64,000 bases of DNA. Origin: Eledone cirrhosa. Lineage: Eukaryota. Below are positions 1-13,731 of this stretch, piece by piece. Numbering within the stretch: position 1 is the stretch's first letter; each line of letters opens with the position of its first letter. Both the position numbers and the translations under genes were made by a program. Location: positions 93,434,001 through 93,498,000 of the forward strand of contig OZ024741.1 in assembly GCA_964016885.1 (NCBI GenBank). The letters run 5' to 3'. A model generated the notes under the pieces. The model saw nothing but the letters and a program-made list of their open reading frames with translations. It was not told the origin of the DNA and ran no database searches.

Positions 1-1330
1 TGAGATGGTTGGGTCATATGTTGAGGAAGGATGAAAGTGTGTCGAAATATGTGATGGAAATAGAGCCAGTGATAAATATTGTGAAAAGAAATGTAATGAA
101 ATGGTTGAGTCATGTGTTGAGAAAAGATGAAAGTGACTGGGTGACAAGAATGATGGAAATTAATGTGAAAGGCAGTAGAGGGAGGGAAAGACTAAGAAAG
201 TCATAGCTAAAGATGGAGGAAGAAATTAAAGCAAGGAAGTTGGTGAGTGGGGAGAAAAGCTTGTCATGGAGCTCACAGATTAACGCCTGCTTTAGCAAGG
301 ATAAATGGTTATGAAACTCTTTTTGTTGCATACACATGAAGTGTATAAACAAAACACTTTCTTTTAATACTTCATGCTGGCTGAATGGCTTTATATTTAT
401 TTATTAATATTGTTCTGCAAACTATAATAGAAGAGTTTAAGACTGGCTACTCATGGGAACTTCTATATGCCAATGATCTAACCCTCATAACCAAATCTAA
501 GGCAGAATTTCCAAATCTGGAAGCATAGCTTGGAAGCAAAAGGTCTTAAAGTCAACTTGACAAAGACTAAAGTCCTAGTAAGTAGAAAGGAAAACAAGGT
601 CCAGATCTCTTCAGGAAAATAGCCTTATTCAGTGTACAGGAAAGGAGTGGGTAGAAATTCCATCCTGTGTCCAAATGCAAACTATGGGTACACAAGAGAG
701 GCAAGTGGAGGCAAGCTAGCAAAGAATGTAGGTTTGATATGTGATTGATGCACATGAACAGTTAGCAGCAAGAGCTGACAGGAAAGAAGCTCTATTAAAT
801 ACTCAGGGAGCTCCATAGAAGTGGCTGAAAGCTGCTATTACATGGGTGACCAAATTACCAGTAGAGGTGAGTGTTCTGAAAGTACAGTAGCCAGAGTAAG
901 AATGGGATGGAAAAAGTTCAGGGAGCTACTACTGCTGCTACCTACAAAAGGTTTCTCTCTTAAAAGGAAAGGCAGATTGTATGATGCTTGTGTATGAACA
1001 ACGATGATGCATGGAAGTGAGACCTGGGCACTGTGTGCAAAGGACCTACAACGATTGGAAAGAAATGAAGTTTGCATGCTGCAATGGATGTATTATAGTA
1101 GTATGCATGAACAGCGAAGTGTCAATGAACTGAAAGAAAAACTGGGCATAAGTTAGGTCAGATGCAGTGGCATATACATGTGATGTGTATGGAGGATGAC
1201 AGCTGTATAAAAAGGTTCAAGGTGCTTAAAGTCAATGGAAACTAAGAAAGCTTGGGATGAAATGATAAAAGCTGAGCTTGTACAATTAAACCTCTCAAAG
1301 GATTGTGATCTCTGGCATTATGCACAGGAT
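1..1330 (+). mobile_element. two degenerate RTE-clade LINE 3' fragments
   Basis: KWLSHVLRK...KGSRGR at 1-205; ELLYANDL, GLKVNLTKTKVL, ARVRMGWKKFREL, MHGSETW at 430-1330; many stops. Confidence 0.75.
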
Positions 1331-1609
1331 GAAACAAACCTGTAGAGGACACTAGTCTATACCAATCTTCTCCCTACCCCTCTCCAGTCTGAATACCCCC
1401 TAACCAGCTAAATATCCTACTCACCTCGGCCATGTCCAATTTGCTTACTCATTTCTCCCTGCCCAACCTTCATTCTTCATCCCTGATACACCTTTCCTGC
1501 CCAACCCATGCATGCATACAAGCAAGGAAAGTTGGACACACTTCACATGTCTGATGTCCCATAATGCTACTGCCACGATAAACAAGCAATAAGTCCACCT
1601 TGTATGATC

Positions 1610-2360
1610 TACCCTGTAAGGTGGTTTTACTTGTAACATAAGAGGCAGTGCCCAATCCACTCTGTGAGGTGGTCATGCTGGTAACACGACATGAAGCAGC
1701 ATCCAGTATATCCTTCAAGGTGGTCATGTTAGTGACTGGAGAAAAAAAACACCTAGTAAGGTGGTCATGCTGATGACACGACAAAAAATCCCCAGTCCAT
1801 CCTGTAACGTGGTCATGCTGGTGATATGCAAAAAAGCCCCCAATCCACCCTGTTAGGTGATTGTGTTGGTAACACGAATAAAGCACCCAGTCCAGCCTGT
1901 AAGGTAGTTATGCTGGTAATATGACAAAAGGCTGTACCCAATCCACTCTGTAAGGTGGTCGTGTTAGTGCCGTACGAGGCTCCCAGTTCACCCTGCATAG
2001 TGGTTATGTTGGTGACCCAAAAAAAGAAAGCACACAGTCCACTCTGTAAGGTGACATGAGAAAAAGCACCAAGTCTACCCTGTAAGGTGGTCATGTTGGT
2101 GACTGGAGAAAAAAAGCATCTAGTTCACTCAGTAAGGTGATTGTGCTTGTGACATGACAAAAAAGCACCTAGTCCACTTTGTACAGTGGTTGTGCAGGTG
2201 ATATGATGGAAAAGCACTCAGTTCACGCTGTAAGGTGGTCGTGCTGGTGATACAATGAAAAAGCACACTGTCCACCTTGTTCAATGAGTCATTTGGGTGC
2301 CACGATAAAAAGCACCTAGTCAACACATTAGGAAGAACATCCAGCTGTAGAAACCAAGCC
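1610..2360 (+). repeat. diverged ~55-60 bp tandem repeat
   Basis: Unit like aaaagcacccagtccaccctgtaaggtggtcatgctggtgac, ending in taggaagaacatccagctgtagaaacc. Confidence 0.85.
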
Positions 2361-3204
2361 AAAATACAGATCTGTATGAGCAAGATCTGGTTACCTGACT
2401 AGACTTGTCTCATAATGTGACAACCTGTGGATGCTTGCAATAGAGTGGATTCTGCTAAAGGCAATCAAAGTCATTATGAGTCAGGTAAAAGGTTAGAAAG
2501 CTATAAAGACAGTTTGATACTAAAATGTATCGTTCTCTTGCGAAATTTATAAAATTGCATTTTAGGAATATTTTTAATATATGTAAAGTTTCCCCAAAAC
2601 AGAATTAACCCTTTTGATACCAAAATGCCTGAAATAAAACTCTTTATTTTAAATTGTATTTATATATTTTAAAGCATTTATACGTCTCTAAAAACCTTCC
2701 ATCATAATTTTATGTAAGAACCTTTGTTAGGTTATGCTTCAAAACACCAGCTTAATAACAAGAGAGTCATATTATTAAATCTCTTAGAATTCAAAATAAT
2801 TTATAGACAGTGTCTTTCATGAGATATATAACAAAAGAGTTTAAAGATTCTTTACAAATATGTGAGGCTACATTTGGAAGCAAAAGAAAAATCCTACACA
2901 AGACATTTTGTGCATCTTTTAATGCAGTGATCCTAACAAGAAATATTGTTTGTGTAAGCAGGATTATGATAGAATCACCAATGCCACATAAGATTAGCAA
3001 ATAAGTTTTAAATCTTCCATAATTAACTTATCAGCTCTAACTGAATGCTGAATGTTTTTTGTAGTCACAAATCCTTAAATACATGAAAAGTTTTTTAAAG
3101 TAACAAACATAAAAGTGTTGTGTTGGCAACCGCTTGAATAGGTATCAGGAAACATGGGAAAAAGTACTCAAGTAAAACAGAGAGTGTGAGAAAATTACAG
3201 GCAC

Positions 3205-3400
3205 AAGTCACTTTGTGTTCCAGCGGACAGAATGGAGAAAGCACTGCCTCAAGGATGGTGAGGGAGACGTGTTGGAATAGCCATTCCAACTCGTGGAGCT
3301 TACTCCTACAGGTGGCCAACTGTGCCCTGGTAATAGTAAGTAAGGAGGTGGTATAGGGACCAAGAAAACTGAAGGTTTCCACTGCTATAGGTACTGTGAT
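3205..3400 (-). mobile_element. short CRE-like LINE 3' fragment
   Basis: ELEWLFQHVSLTIL matches the copy at 10240-11400. Confidence 0.65.
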
Positions 3401-3429
3401 AAGCAGGAGATAAATAGTTCTTCAGTAGA

Positions 3430-4560
3430 GGAAGTGGGAAGAGTAAACAAGATGGGCTTCAAACTGTCATGATGTGTCTTGCCAGATTACATATATGTTG
3501 TTATGGCTCACATATGAACAAGATGCAATCTGATAGAAGGTTTCTTCGCAATTTGAATTTATCCCTAACTCCAGCTGCTGTGATCAACTTATTGAGTTTC
3601 TTGAAGACATCACCCAGATCACTGATGGTGGCTCATGGGTGGATGCTGTTTTGGCAAAACTCTCTGCAATGGGTGTGAAGGATGATCTTTTTAACTGGTT
3701 GAAGTCCTTCATTCTCAGTCAAAGAGAGGTAGTGACGGTTCTAGGACAGCATTCCTCACCATATGAGATGTCATCTGGTGTACCACAGGGATCTGTCCTT
3801 GGCCCCTTTTTGTTTGTAGCATATGTTAATGACATAGATGCCAACTTAAAGAATGCCACAGTACTGAAATATGCAGATGACATCAAGCTGTACCTTGAGA
3901 TAAAAAGGACAGATCCTGCTCACTATAGATCTTGCCTGCAATCTGACCTGGACACAATGCAACAATGGATCACAGACTGGCAACTCAAGCTGGCTGTGGA
4001 CAAGTGTACCACCATGCATTTTGGGAGTAAAAACGCAGCATCCACATACTCCCTCCACAACACTAATATCAAGAAGTCTTCTTGTGAACGTGACCTGGGC
4101 ATTATGGTCAGCAGCGATTTGCGTTGGACGAAGTACGTCTCTAAAATTGTCAAGAAGGCCAAGGGTGTCTTAGCATCACTCAGCAAGACCTTTGTCAGCC
4201 GCTCTCCAGCTATCTATTTAAAGCTTATATAGCTATGGTGCGGCCACACTTAGAATTTGCATCACCAGTCTGGAACCCCTATCTTGCTCAGAACATTGAC
4301 CGCCTGGAAACTGTTCAAAGATGTGCAACCAAGCGAATACCCTCCATCATGCATCTACCATACTCTGAACACCTTGCTTCCCTGGGCATTGATACATTGA
4401 AGCTCCGACATCTGGCAACTGACTTGGTAAAGACCCACAAAATTATTAACCATCTTGCTAACAACAACCCTGAGTACCTTTTTGATTTCCATGTGTTTAA
4501 CACACGTGGGCATCAGAAAACAGCACAGCTCCCATGACCTTTGGAAACATTTTTTCACGC
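3430..4560 (+). mobile_element. CR1/L2 (Jockey-group) LINE RT fragment
   Basis: SGVPQGSVLGPFLF, KYADDIKL, ERDLGI, VRPHLEFASPVWNP, LETVQRCATK. Confidence 0.9.
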
Positions 4561-4617
4561 TCAGAAAAATGGATGCCTAAGACAAGGATTTTATTATTAA
4601 TTCTCATACTAACTTAC

Positions 4618-4723
4618 TTCTTCAGGTTGTCCGTACAATTTCAAAGTAGCTTTAGTAATAATTCCCAAAGTTCCTTCACTTCCAATAAACAAATTTGTTA
4701 GATTATAACCAGCAGAAGTCTTT
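4618..4723 (-). CDS. LDHD: D-lactate dehydrogenase coding exon 6 (gene continues beyond the left edge)
   Basis: ttctAG/GTAAGT; [36 protein letters not shown] found no later exon in 1-4617. Confidence 0.95.
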
Positions 4724-5535
4724 CTAGAAGAAATAAGGATTAAAATGTCAATTCTTAAGAATAATAAATAGAAGCAACAATCAGTTTCAGTCTATTTTCC
4801 CTTACAAAAGCAGAGGATGTCCATGCAGGCCTCATAAGAGGATTCATGTTTATCGTGGGGTCCTTCCTTGTACCAACCCCTTTAGTTGCTTCCTATGACT
4901 CTCATGAACATAGTGTACATATTCTAAACTGGATATACACAAAGACTAAATTCTGCAAGGAGGACACACAACCACAGCCTGATACTGTGATAATGGTGGC
5001 AGTAATAAAACACTAACCCATCTGCCCAAACTTGATACCACTTGATTGCAGTTGGGAATGAGAATATACAACCAAAGTCAACAAGTGTGAGGTGCAACAA
5101 TGATGCTGTCAAACCTATGTGTAATATATACACAGTGAACTCTCATATTGGCCCAAGGTTACAAACGATGTGGAAAGAGGTATAGTTGATTGAATCAACT
5201 CCAGTGTATGACTAGTACTTATTTTATTAATCTCAGTGAATGTAGAATTTAAAACACAAATAATAATCTAGGCTGGGTATATCAGGTTTAGAATAGGTAT
5301 ACCTTATCCCTGCATGTCATAAGCAACTAAAAGGATTGGTGTCAGGAAGGGCATCCAGCTATAAAACACTGCCTCAAAAAGTCCCATACAACTGATGCTA
5401 GCATGGAAAAGTCAACATAAAAACTATGATGATGAAAACTATGATAAAAACTATGATGATGATGGCGATGATGATGAGTTCATAAACAAACTAACTAGAT
5501 ACACATAAAGGTAAAAGATATGAAAGTTTACTTAC

Positions 5536-5695
5536 TTCATACGTCTGTCTTTGCCAGCTGTGTTGATGATTCGGCCATCAGCTAAAACAACCTCCAGATT
5601 GAGTACATTCTCTCTCATAGTACCATAACGGACAGCATTGGTACCAGATGCACTAGTAGCACACATTCCACATATAGAAGCATCAGCTCCAGGAT
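5536..5695 (-). CDS. LDHD: D-lactate dehydrogenase coding exon 5
   Basis: ccAG/GTAAGT; [54 protein letters not shown]. Confidence 0.96.
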
Positions 5696-5763
5696 CTGGA
5701 AATATAATGTATGGTAAAAATATAATAACTTAAAAAACAAAATAATTATTAAAGCTGCCTTAA

Positions 5764-5982
5764 CCCTTTAGCATTTACATTACTCTATATTTACTATTAT
5801 ATTTTCATGATAAAGGCTTTAGCTCACATAATTATCCCACATAATATCGAATCTATGATATTTTGATATTTTTTTTTTAGAACAATACCTTAACATCAGT
5901 ATGAGTATCAGGTTACAGCTGGTTTGAACAGAAAGAGGTGAAAGAATTCTGGCTGGATATGGCTGGTTTAAGTGCTGAAGGG
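5764..5982. mobile_element. piggyBac-type MITE
   Basis: TTAA-CCCTTTAGCA...TGCTGAAGGG-TTAA; the ends match those of 52811-54868; another copy at 55071-55255. Confidence 0.8.
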
Positions 5983-6720
5983 TTAAACCTTTTTCTTATC
6001 ATATTCCTCTGTATTCCTCAGTGCATATTTCGTCGTTGTCATGTCGGTGGTGGTATCAGTAGTACTTGTCGTCAAAGCATGTCATTTTATTGTGAAGATT
6101 CCTTCACAGAATTATGAGACCTGTCAAACCAGCTACCAAAATATCTATTTTGGTAGTTGGATTGGTATTTTCTTAGAAAAAATATTGATCATCATGGAGT
6201 CCTTTAGTGCCTTTCTTGGTACTAACCCCTCTAGTCCTTTCTTTAGATATGCAGAGATACAGTGTAACTATTCTAAATCAGATACACACAGATACAACTG
6301 GTCATTCAATTCATAAATAATCATTAAAAAAAGGTTTATATATATTCGCCATTTTTTTTTTTCATATTAAAAAAAAAAAACCCAAAAACCAGAGAACTAC
6401 ATATTTCAACTTAATGTTTTCCAATTTCAGCAGAAGGCCATCATTTTTTCAAAGAGAGGAAATTTAATCTGTCCCAGTATTTGACTGCTAGTTTATTTTA
6501 TCAAACTTGAAGTATGAGAGACAAAGCTGTCTTTGAACTTAGAGTCTAAAGAACTGTAACTAAATACTGTAAATCCTTTTGTCCAACACTATAATGATTC
6601 TGCCAAGCTCTCACTCTTATCTTTCCTATTAATGAAATAGGAATAGAGTTAATAAAATATAGCAATGCTTAGTTGTTAAATTAGCAGTATGTATTCAGAT
6701 TTTCAATGTAATTCACCAAC

Positions 6721-6862
6721 CAATAGGGAACCAAAGGCCAGTATCTCTTAGATAAGTGTTTAATGTTCTACGAGTAACTCCACACTCAACTGCTACATCA
6801 AAGTCCTCTTGGTGCAGGTCAAAGATTTCTGTCATTTTACTCAGGTCCACACATACACCACC
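6721..6862 (-). CDS. LDHD: D-lactate dehydrogenase coding exon 4
   Basis: tttcAG acceptor and GTTGGT donor; [47 protein letters not shown]. Confidence 0.95.
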
Positions 6863-8019
6863 CTGAAATGCACAAGAGATAAGAAATAAGACTATTAATC
6901 AGCTAAATATGGGAACAAAAGAAATGAAAGTTACAGTTCACACCTATGAAGGTTTAGCTGGTTTCTTACAAGGTTGAATCTCATAGGAAGTTTCTCAGGT
7001 ATTTTAATGATAGAGACCCCAGGGCTATCATGAAATGAAGTGTCTTCCTCAAGGACACAATCCACAGCCTGGTCCAGGAATTGAACCCACAATTATGTTC
7101 ATGAGTGACAACATCCAAACCACGAGGCCACATACTTTAAATAGTTGTACGATATATAAAGAGGCCTTCTAATAAATCTGATCTCATTGAAAGAAGCAAG
7201 ACTTCACAAAGATCCTCTTCTTTTTCCATAAGGACTAGCCTACAATGTACTTGATGATGTGCACTCAACACTGTCTAATCTATGTCTGCCACAGGTCTGC
7301 ACCCATGGCAAACTCACCAGCTCTATTAAATCTAACCTTACATTTCATTTATGAAATGTATGTCTTTCACAAAATTCTTCCAACACAATAAAGCAAGACC
7401 ATCTTAACCGCATTATAGGTCCGGGGCAGAGAAATGCACTGACACCCCTACATACACAAGCACAACATACATCTGTTAGTATTGGGCCCTTAAACCCAAT
7501 GGGCCTCTAGGCAACTGCCCAGTGTGTCCATGTCTTAACCATTTTGATACTAATATGGCCAAAGTGAGCTCTGGTTCTATGAAACAAAATTACTCATTTT
7601 AAAGGGTTCCTATTTAAATTAAAATCTCCCAACATAACTTTATATAAAAGCCATATGTTAGGTTACTACTTTGGTGATGAAATAATAATGTTTAGTAAAT
7701 CCCTCAAAATCCTTAATTAATTACTTAAAATGAGAAATACACTTATTGCAGTACCATCTTAAATCTTTAATTAGAACTACAATAATTAGAAGGTTAAAAT
7801 GGCACTGTAATAAAGCCAAAAATCGTGATTAAAAAAGCGGCCAGTGGTTTAATTGAACTCCTCCAACTATGTCCAACCTGATATAATCTTTTAACATAAA
7901 ATGCTATCAGCTGAGCAGATCGATAACATGGAAGAAACTAATACAGAAGTCCAACATATATTATCAATATACATGAAAAGACAATCAAATCTCCCTTAAC
8001 TTGGATCCTATCATCTTAA

Positions 8020-8269
8020 CACTTTTGTTACCATATTTCTAATGAAAGACACTGCCTATGAATTTCAAATAATTTTGAAAATAATCAAGAATTTGGAGGT
8101 ATTAGTAATATAATTAACTTTCTCATTATTTAACTCTAATTTAGACCATAATACAAGTTCTTACATAAAATCATGATGCAAAGTTTTTAGATGAATATAA
8201 ACACTTTAAAATAAATAGTTTTGTATCATAGAACCAGGGGTGGTTTCAGGTGGTTTGGCATTAAAAGTG
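8020..8269. mobile_element. second TTAA-flanked MITE family (piggyBac-like)
   Basis: ttaac(c/a)cttttg...aaaag(g/t)gtta ends; related copies near 2605, 7536, 15801, 17262, 17860, 28360, 56090 and 57590. Confidence 0.6.
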
Positions 8270-8565
8270 TTACAGGATATATTGAACAATGTAGCTTCTG
8301 ATACACAAAAAGATGAAATGCTTACAACTGAAAAACTTTTATCATAGGTGTGTTCCAACAGGACTGATCTAGTGCTAAATAATAACAACCAAATTTACTT
8401 TGAGCAAATGATAGAAGATATCTATATAGTCACGCAACTGGCAAAAAATAGCAGCCAAATTTCCATTAAATTACACCTAACTGTTGTAAATTAGGAAAGG
8501 ATACATTGGACAATTGAGTCCTAATTTAACAATTAAACAGTGAGAGTGAAAGAGATAATACATAC

Positions 8566-8707
8566 TGATGTGGCATTTACTCCACCTTCCAGGCCAGTTC
8601 CAGAACCAAATGGTATGAGGGGTATCCGCCGGTCATTACAATATTTTGCAATAGCACTAACCTCATTTGTGCTGTTAGCAAATGTAACTAGATCTGGTGG
8701 AAAGCAG
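8566..8707 (-). CDS. LDHD: D-lactate dehydrogenase coding exon 3 (FAD-binding)
   Basis: AG/GTATGT boundaries; CFPPDLVTFANSTNEVSAIAKYCNDRRIPLIPFGSGTGLEGGVNATS; phases fit both neighbours. Confidence 0.95.
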
Positions 8708-8794
8708 CTGTTGTAAAATAAAAGTAAACATTTCACTGGTTTAATCACATCACCAAAATATTAACATGTATTGTCATGATAGGCAAATCCAACA

Positions 8795-9065
8795 GTAAAC
8801 CGTTCGAAACTCTGTTGTCCCACCAACAGTAAACTCTCCATACCCTGTTACTCTACAGTAAACCCTCCACACCCTGTTGACCCACAGTAAACCCTCCACA
8901 CCGTTGACCCACAGTAAACCCTCCACACCGTTGACCCACAGTAAACCCTCCACACCCTGTTGACCCACAGTAAACCCTCCACATCCTGTTGATCCATAGT
9001 AAACCCTCCACACCCTGTTGACCCACAGTAAACCTTCCATACATTGTTGTCGCATAGTAAACCCT
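8795..9065. repeat. 30-32 bp minisatellite next to LDHD exon 3
   Basis: About 8 copies of cagtaaaccctccacaccctgttgaccca. Confidence 0.9.
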
Positions 9066-10239
9066 TTATAATGTTCCCCTCCGGTCCATTTTGACCCTGA
9101 ATTCACTACAGCTCCTAATATACATCATCATCATCATTATCCATGCACTTTTTTCATGCTGGCATGTGTTGGAGAGGTCGTTACAGATCAAATCAGTATT
9201 TAATTGAAGCTACTGTCCTCCTGGACAAGTTGGGGCCATGCCTCACTTACATTCTGGTTTTGGCCCTGGGTGTCTTTCTTCACATGTATCTCTCTGCAGA
9301 GTGTATTATTCAAATTAAATATCAACTACTCTAACTTTCCTCAGCATCAGCGCTAAGAGCTGAATAAAGTCTATGAGTGCTTAGTAAACCCATATATATA
9401 TATATGTTCTTCCACCTTTAACTACCAAAATAGAAAGTCTTGTACTTTACATCATGAATAGTGTAAGAGGTCTTGTACAGGAAATGAAAAAATAACACCA
9501 TATGTTTATTTCTCATTCTGAAGATGGAAATGTGGTACCTAAGTTTTTAAGGTCCTCTGAGTGGCACTATGGGATATATGGGTGAGTTTACTCAGTATGT
9601 AGCTGCATCTAACAATATCTGAAAGAGACAATATTGTTTTTCTAGGGTGGAGTGTATACAAAAACAACAAAAACAGGCATTTTAAGGGATTAGCTTTAAA
9701 AGGTTAGCTTTGTGAATTACACAACAAGCTTCATACTCTTCATAGGGTCTTTTTGAAGCTATGTTTTAAGGCTCGATGCCCTTCCTGGTGCTAATCCTTT
9801 TAGTCGGCTTTTATGACACACAGGAGTCAGGTGAACCTATTTTAAACTGGTTACGCATAGGTATATCCTGGAATTATGGGATAAGTGGGTGAGTTCTACT
9901 CAGTAAAACATTGCATATAGCCATGAGACAGTGAAATATTTTAAGTATGTGCACATGTGTATTGAACTTCTGTTGATTCCAACATGCGATTCAGTTTTCC
10001 AAACAATAGAACAGCTTACTTTTAAAATCAATGTGCAAATGGCATCTTCTACAAAAATGTGCACTCTTAATGTAGTTCTCAGGAAGATTCAGTATAACAC
10101 AATAAGTGACAAGACTGGCCCTTTAAAATACAAGAACAACTCATTCTTTTTTTCGGCTGAGCGAACTGGTGTAACGTGAAATAAAATTTCTCATTCAAAG
10201 ACACAAAACGCCACGAGAATCTTACTTAACCATACAATC

Positions 10240-11400
10240 ATGAGTCAAACAACCGGCCATCCGCTCCACCATCAGGTTTAGGCTCCAACAATTCCAGACC
10301 CTCACAAGCCAACTGGGCTTGATCGACAGCCACCCATGTCTCTTTCTGTTGAGGAACTGCTTCGCCATGCTGAAGCTCTTCTATACCCTTTGCAGTGCTC
10401 TGTGCTACACCCAGGCATCTCTCCTCGCTGACCTCGATACTTATATCCGAGTGGAAACCGAGGAGATATGCAACGTGAGGTTTGACGACATTGGATGGCA
10501 ACAGGCCACTTTACCTGTCAGATATGGCGGCTTTGGCCTCCACTCCCCGATCTCCCTGGCTTTACCAGTATTTCTTTCATCGGTAACCTCATGCCACGTC
10601 TCGTCAGAAGGGTTCTCCTAAACACAATGGAACCCTCTGTGATTAGTGAACGTAAGGTTGTTTGTGAGATGTGGGACCGGCTCCATGCCTTGCCCTTCTT
10701 CTCCACTGGCATGCAGCTGGATAACAATAGCCTACGCATCGGCGTCTCCTTGAGGCTTGGCCTCCGAATCTGCAAGTCACATCAATGTCACTGTGGATCC
10801 ACCGTGGACTCTTTCGGCCTCCACCCGCTTTCCTGTCACCACAGTGCCAGCCGCCTTCCACGCCATGCTGCCCTCAACGATGCCATAAAGCATGGCTTGG
10901 ACGCTGCAGGCTTCCCCTTCCAACTCAAGCCTGGCAAAAGGCCAGACAGCATGGGCGTCTTCCTGTTCTGCAGCGGCAAACCCCTCATCTGGGATGCCAC
11001 TTGCAGCGACACTTTCTCCAGCTGCAACCTGGTGCAGTCTGCGACTAACCCAGGTTCTGCTGCACATCAGGCTGAGGAGGCCAAACTCCAAATACTGGTC
11101 ATTCTCTGACAGGTTTGCGGTCATACCCTTGGCAGTGAAAACTTCTGGTGTCCTTAGCCCTAGGGCTACCTCCCTACTCACCACCATAGGCGCTGAGCTG
11201 ACCAGCCGCAGGTGTGAGCCTCGTGAGTTGGAATGGCTCTTCCAGCACATTTCCCTTACCATCCTCCGAGAAAACGCCTTCTTCATTCTGTCCGCCGGGA
11301 CTGTGGGGAGGCCAGCACGTGGGACCCCATTTGCTTACCATACGGAGAGATGGAGAGGGCCAGAGAGATGGAGGCCTTGACAGTAGGAGTTCAACTGACT
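10240..11400 (+). mobile_element. CRE-like non-LTR element fragment with restriction-like endonuclease
   Basis: QATLPVRYGGFGL, CHCG...HPLSC, RHAALND, KRPD, WDATCSD, WLFQHISLTILRENA; frameshifted. Confidence 0.8.
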
Positions 11401-11694
11401 GATTCTTGTAGCATTCATTTGATACTTTTGGAAGGCTTGCCTTAAATTTGATTTTGTCAAATTTAGTTGGAATCTAGTTTTTCCTCCCGATGAAGTTGAT
11501 CATCTCAGTTGTATGTAGCTTTGTGCCCATGAAGACTTAATAAAATAAAATAGACATGAATTCCTTCAAAAAAAAAAAAAAAAAACTCACCTCAGACACT
11601 TAATTTGAATTCAAATTACCCAACCACTATGTCACATAGCTTCCATTAAGTATAATACTGTACAGAGGATAATATATATCTTCATAAAACTTAC

Positions 11695-11822
11695 TTATGG
11701 TATGATTCATCATGTCCATGTTGTTCTCGGACAGCAAGAGCTGTGCTCACATTTTCTTTGCCAATTAAAGATCGAAGATCTTCCACAATGCTGTCTGGCA
11801 GCTGTTTGGAGGTATTGGATGC
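11695..11822 (-). CDS. LDHD: D-lactate dehydrogenase coding exon 2
   Basis: tttttcAG acceptor and GTAAGT donor; ASNTSKQLPDSIVEDLRSLIGKENVSTALAVREQHGHDESYH (the REQHG.DES.H motif of LDHD). Confidence 0.92.
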
Positions 11823-13396
11823 CTGAAAAATGCAACCATTTATAAAGAATGCTAAAATTACTTCAATAAAATAAACAAACAGAAAAAAATGGTGGTAAAA
11901 CTACTACACTGATTTTGTTTCCTCATAACTTTCTTAATAATGCATATTTTTTAATGTGTAGTTTACAATTATACTGATGAAATTTAAAAGAAATGGATTT
12001 TTCTCTTAAATTTTTCCTTTTCTTTCTCAAGTGATAGTTGTAGAAATGACATTGCATTTTTGTTGAAAATCTGACATTATCCTAATTAATCAACAGGATT
12101 AGAAAGTCAGAGGATACACACACTACCTCTCATAACTAATATTCCCCACAGCCAACACTATCTATCCAGCTAACTTTACGTCACAGTAATATCACACTTC
12201 AATCTTAGCTTTATTTATGATATTAGAAATACCTACAGGGTTTCATATGTTCATCTCTTCCAGTTGTTATGGATATTTAGTCTCTAGAATCATAAATCTG
12301 GTTCCTTTTTAGGGTTTTGTGTGTAAGTTGAAATATCTAGCATAATTAATGTTTCTCAGCTGAATTAAAATGAAAGAGGCAATTTGATAGATTATATACA
12401 TACAAAGGGAGCGGGTGGAGAGAGAGAGAGAGAGACTGAATGACTGAGGAATCAATTCATAACACCTTGGTTTGAATTTCAAGATTTAAAATTAGAAAAT
12501 TAGAGCAATGTATTTTGGTCTCCTTGCTGCTCTCTTCCTGGCAGCAAAATATTCAACAGTCTGAGCCTTCACATAGTCCCTTGAACTGCAAAAAATAACA
12601 GCTAAATATCTATTCTAAAAAAAGAACAGGTATGGCTGTGTGGTTAAGAAGTTTGCTTCATAACCATGGGTTAGCTTTGCTGTCCAACACCTTAGGTAAG
12701 CATATTCTACTATAGTGTCAGGTTGATCAATGCCTTGTGATTGAAATTTGGTAGATGGAAACTGCAAAAGTTCATCATACTCACAAATATATATATCATC
12801 ATCATATATAGCATTATTAGCAACAGCAGAATCATTTAATGTCTACTGTTCCCCACTAGCATGAATTGGACGGCTCATCACAGATCAAGTTAGTACTTAA
12901 TTGAAGCTACTGACCTCAGACAGGCCAAGGGCCCACATCACTTATATACATTTAGCACTTAACAGAGTCCACTGGGTGTATTTTATAGTGACACTGGCAT
13001 TAGGGAGGTTGTCATGTATTTGACACAACTGAAGAATCCTCTCAACCCTCTATTTGGCATAGTTTCTACAAGGAAAATCGCACTTTAAAGGTTGATAATG
13101 AGTGATCCCGCTGAGGTTAACTTTGCCTTTCATCCTTACGGGGTCGATAAAATAAAGTACCAGTAATGCACTGGGTAATTGCTGGTCTTGTGCCAAAAAG
13201 TAGAAACAATTATATATATATCATCACTATCACCTAACTGCCATTTTCCTTACTTGTGAAGCAGGCAATGGCATTACCTTATCGCTGCGGAATAATTGGG
13301 TCGTGCTTGGTCAGTAAATATCTTCTTTTCGTATACTTTATGCCACCAACATTAAATACACCAAACACAAATATATTCTAGCTAAACTAGCATATA

Positions 13397-13731
13397 CAGT
13401 GGAACTTTGGTTTATGAACTTAATTCATTCCTGAAGACCGCTCGTCATCAAAAATGTTTGTATACCTTTCTTATACGAAATATTGAGAGAGAAATACAGT
13501 GAGGGAGAGAGACTATGTGTGAAAGACAGATATATATCACTATAGTAACTAACTACACAGAAAGTGATGCTTTCCTGCTGATACTCCCAGCTTGTCACCA
13601 ACTGCTGTTGCCGGCTTGCATGTCCGTTACTTGAGACACCATTCGTCAACCAAGACATTCTATGTTCGGAGAAATTGTTTGATAACCAATTTGTTTGTGA
13701 TGTGAAGCATTCATGAGCCAATGTTCCACTG
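13397..13731. mobile_element. Tigger/pogo-like MITE
   Basis: TIRs CAGTGGAACTTTGG...CCAATGTTCCACTG, with TA on the left. Confidence 0.7.

Noticed and set aside
1610-2320. Regularly spaced repeats resembling a CRISPR array
   Set aside because: Eukaryotic context, diverged tandem units without unique spacers, and no cas genes.
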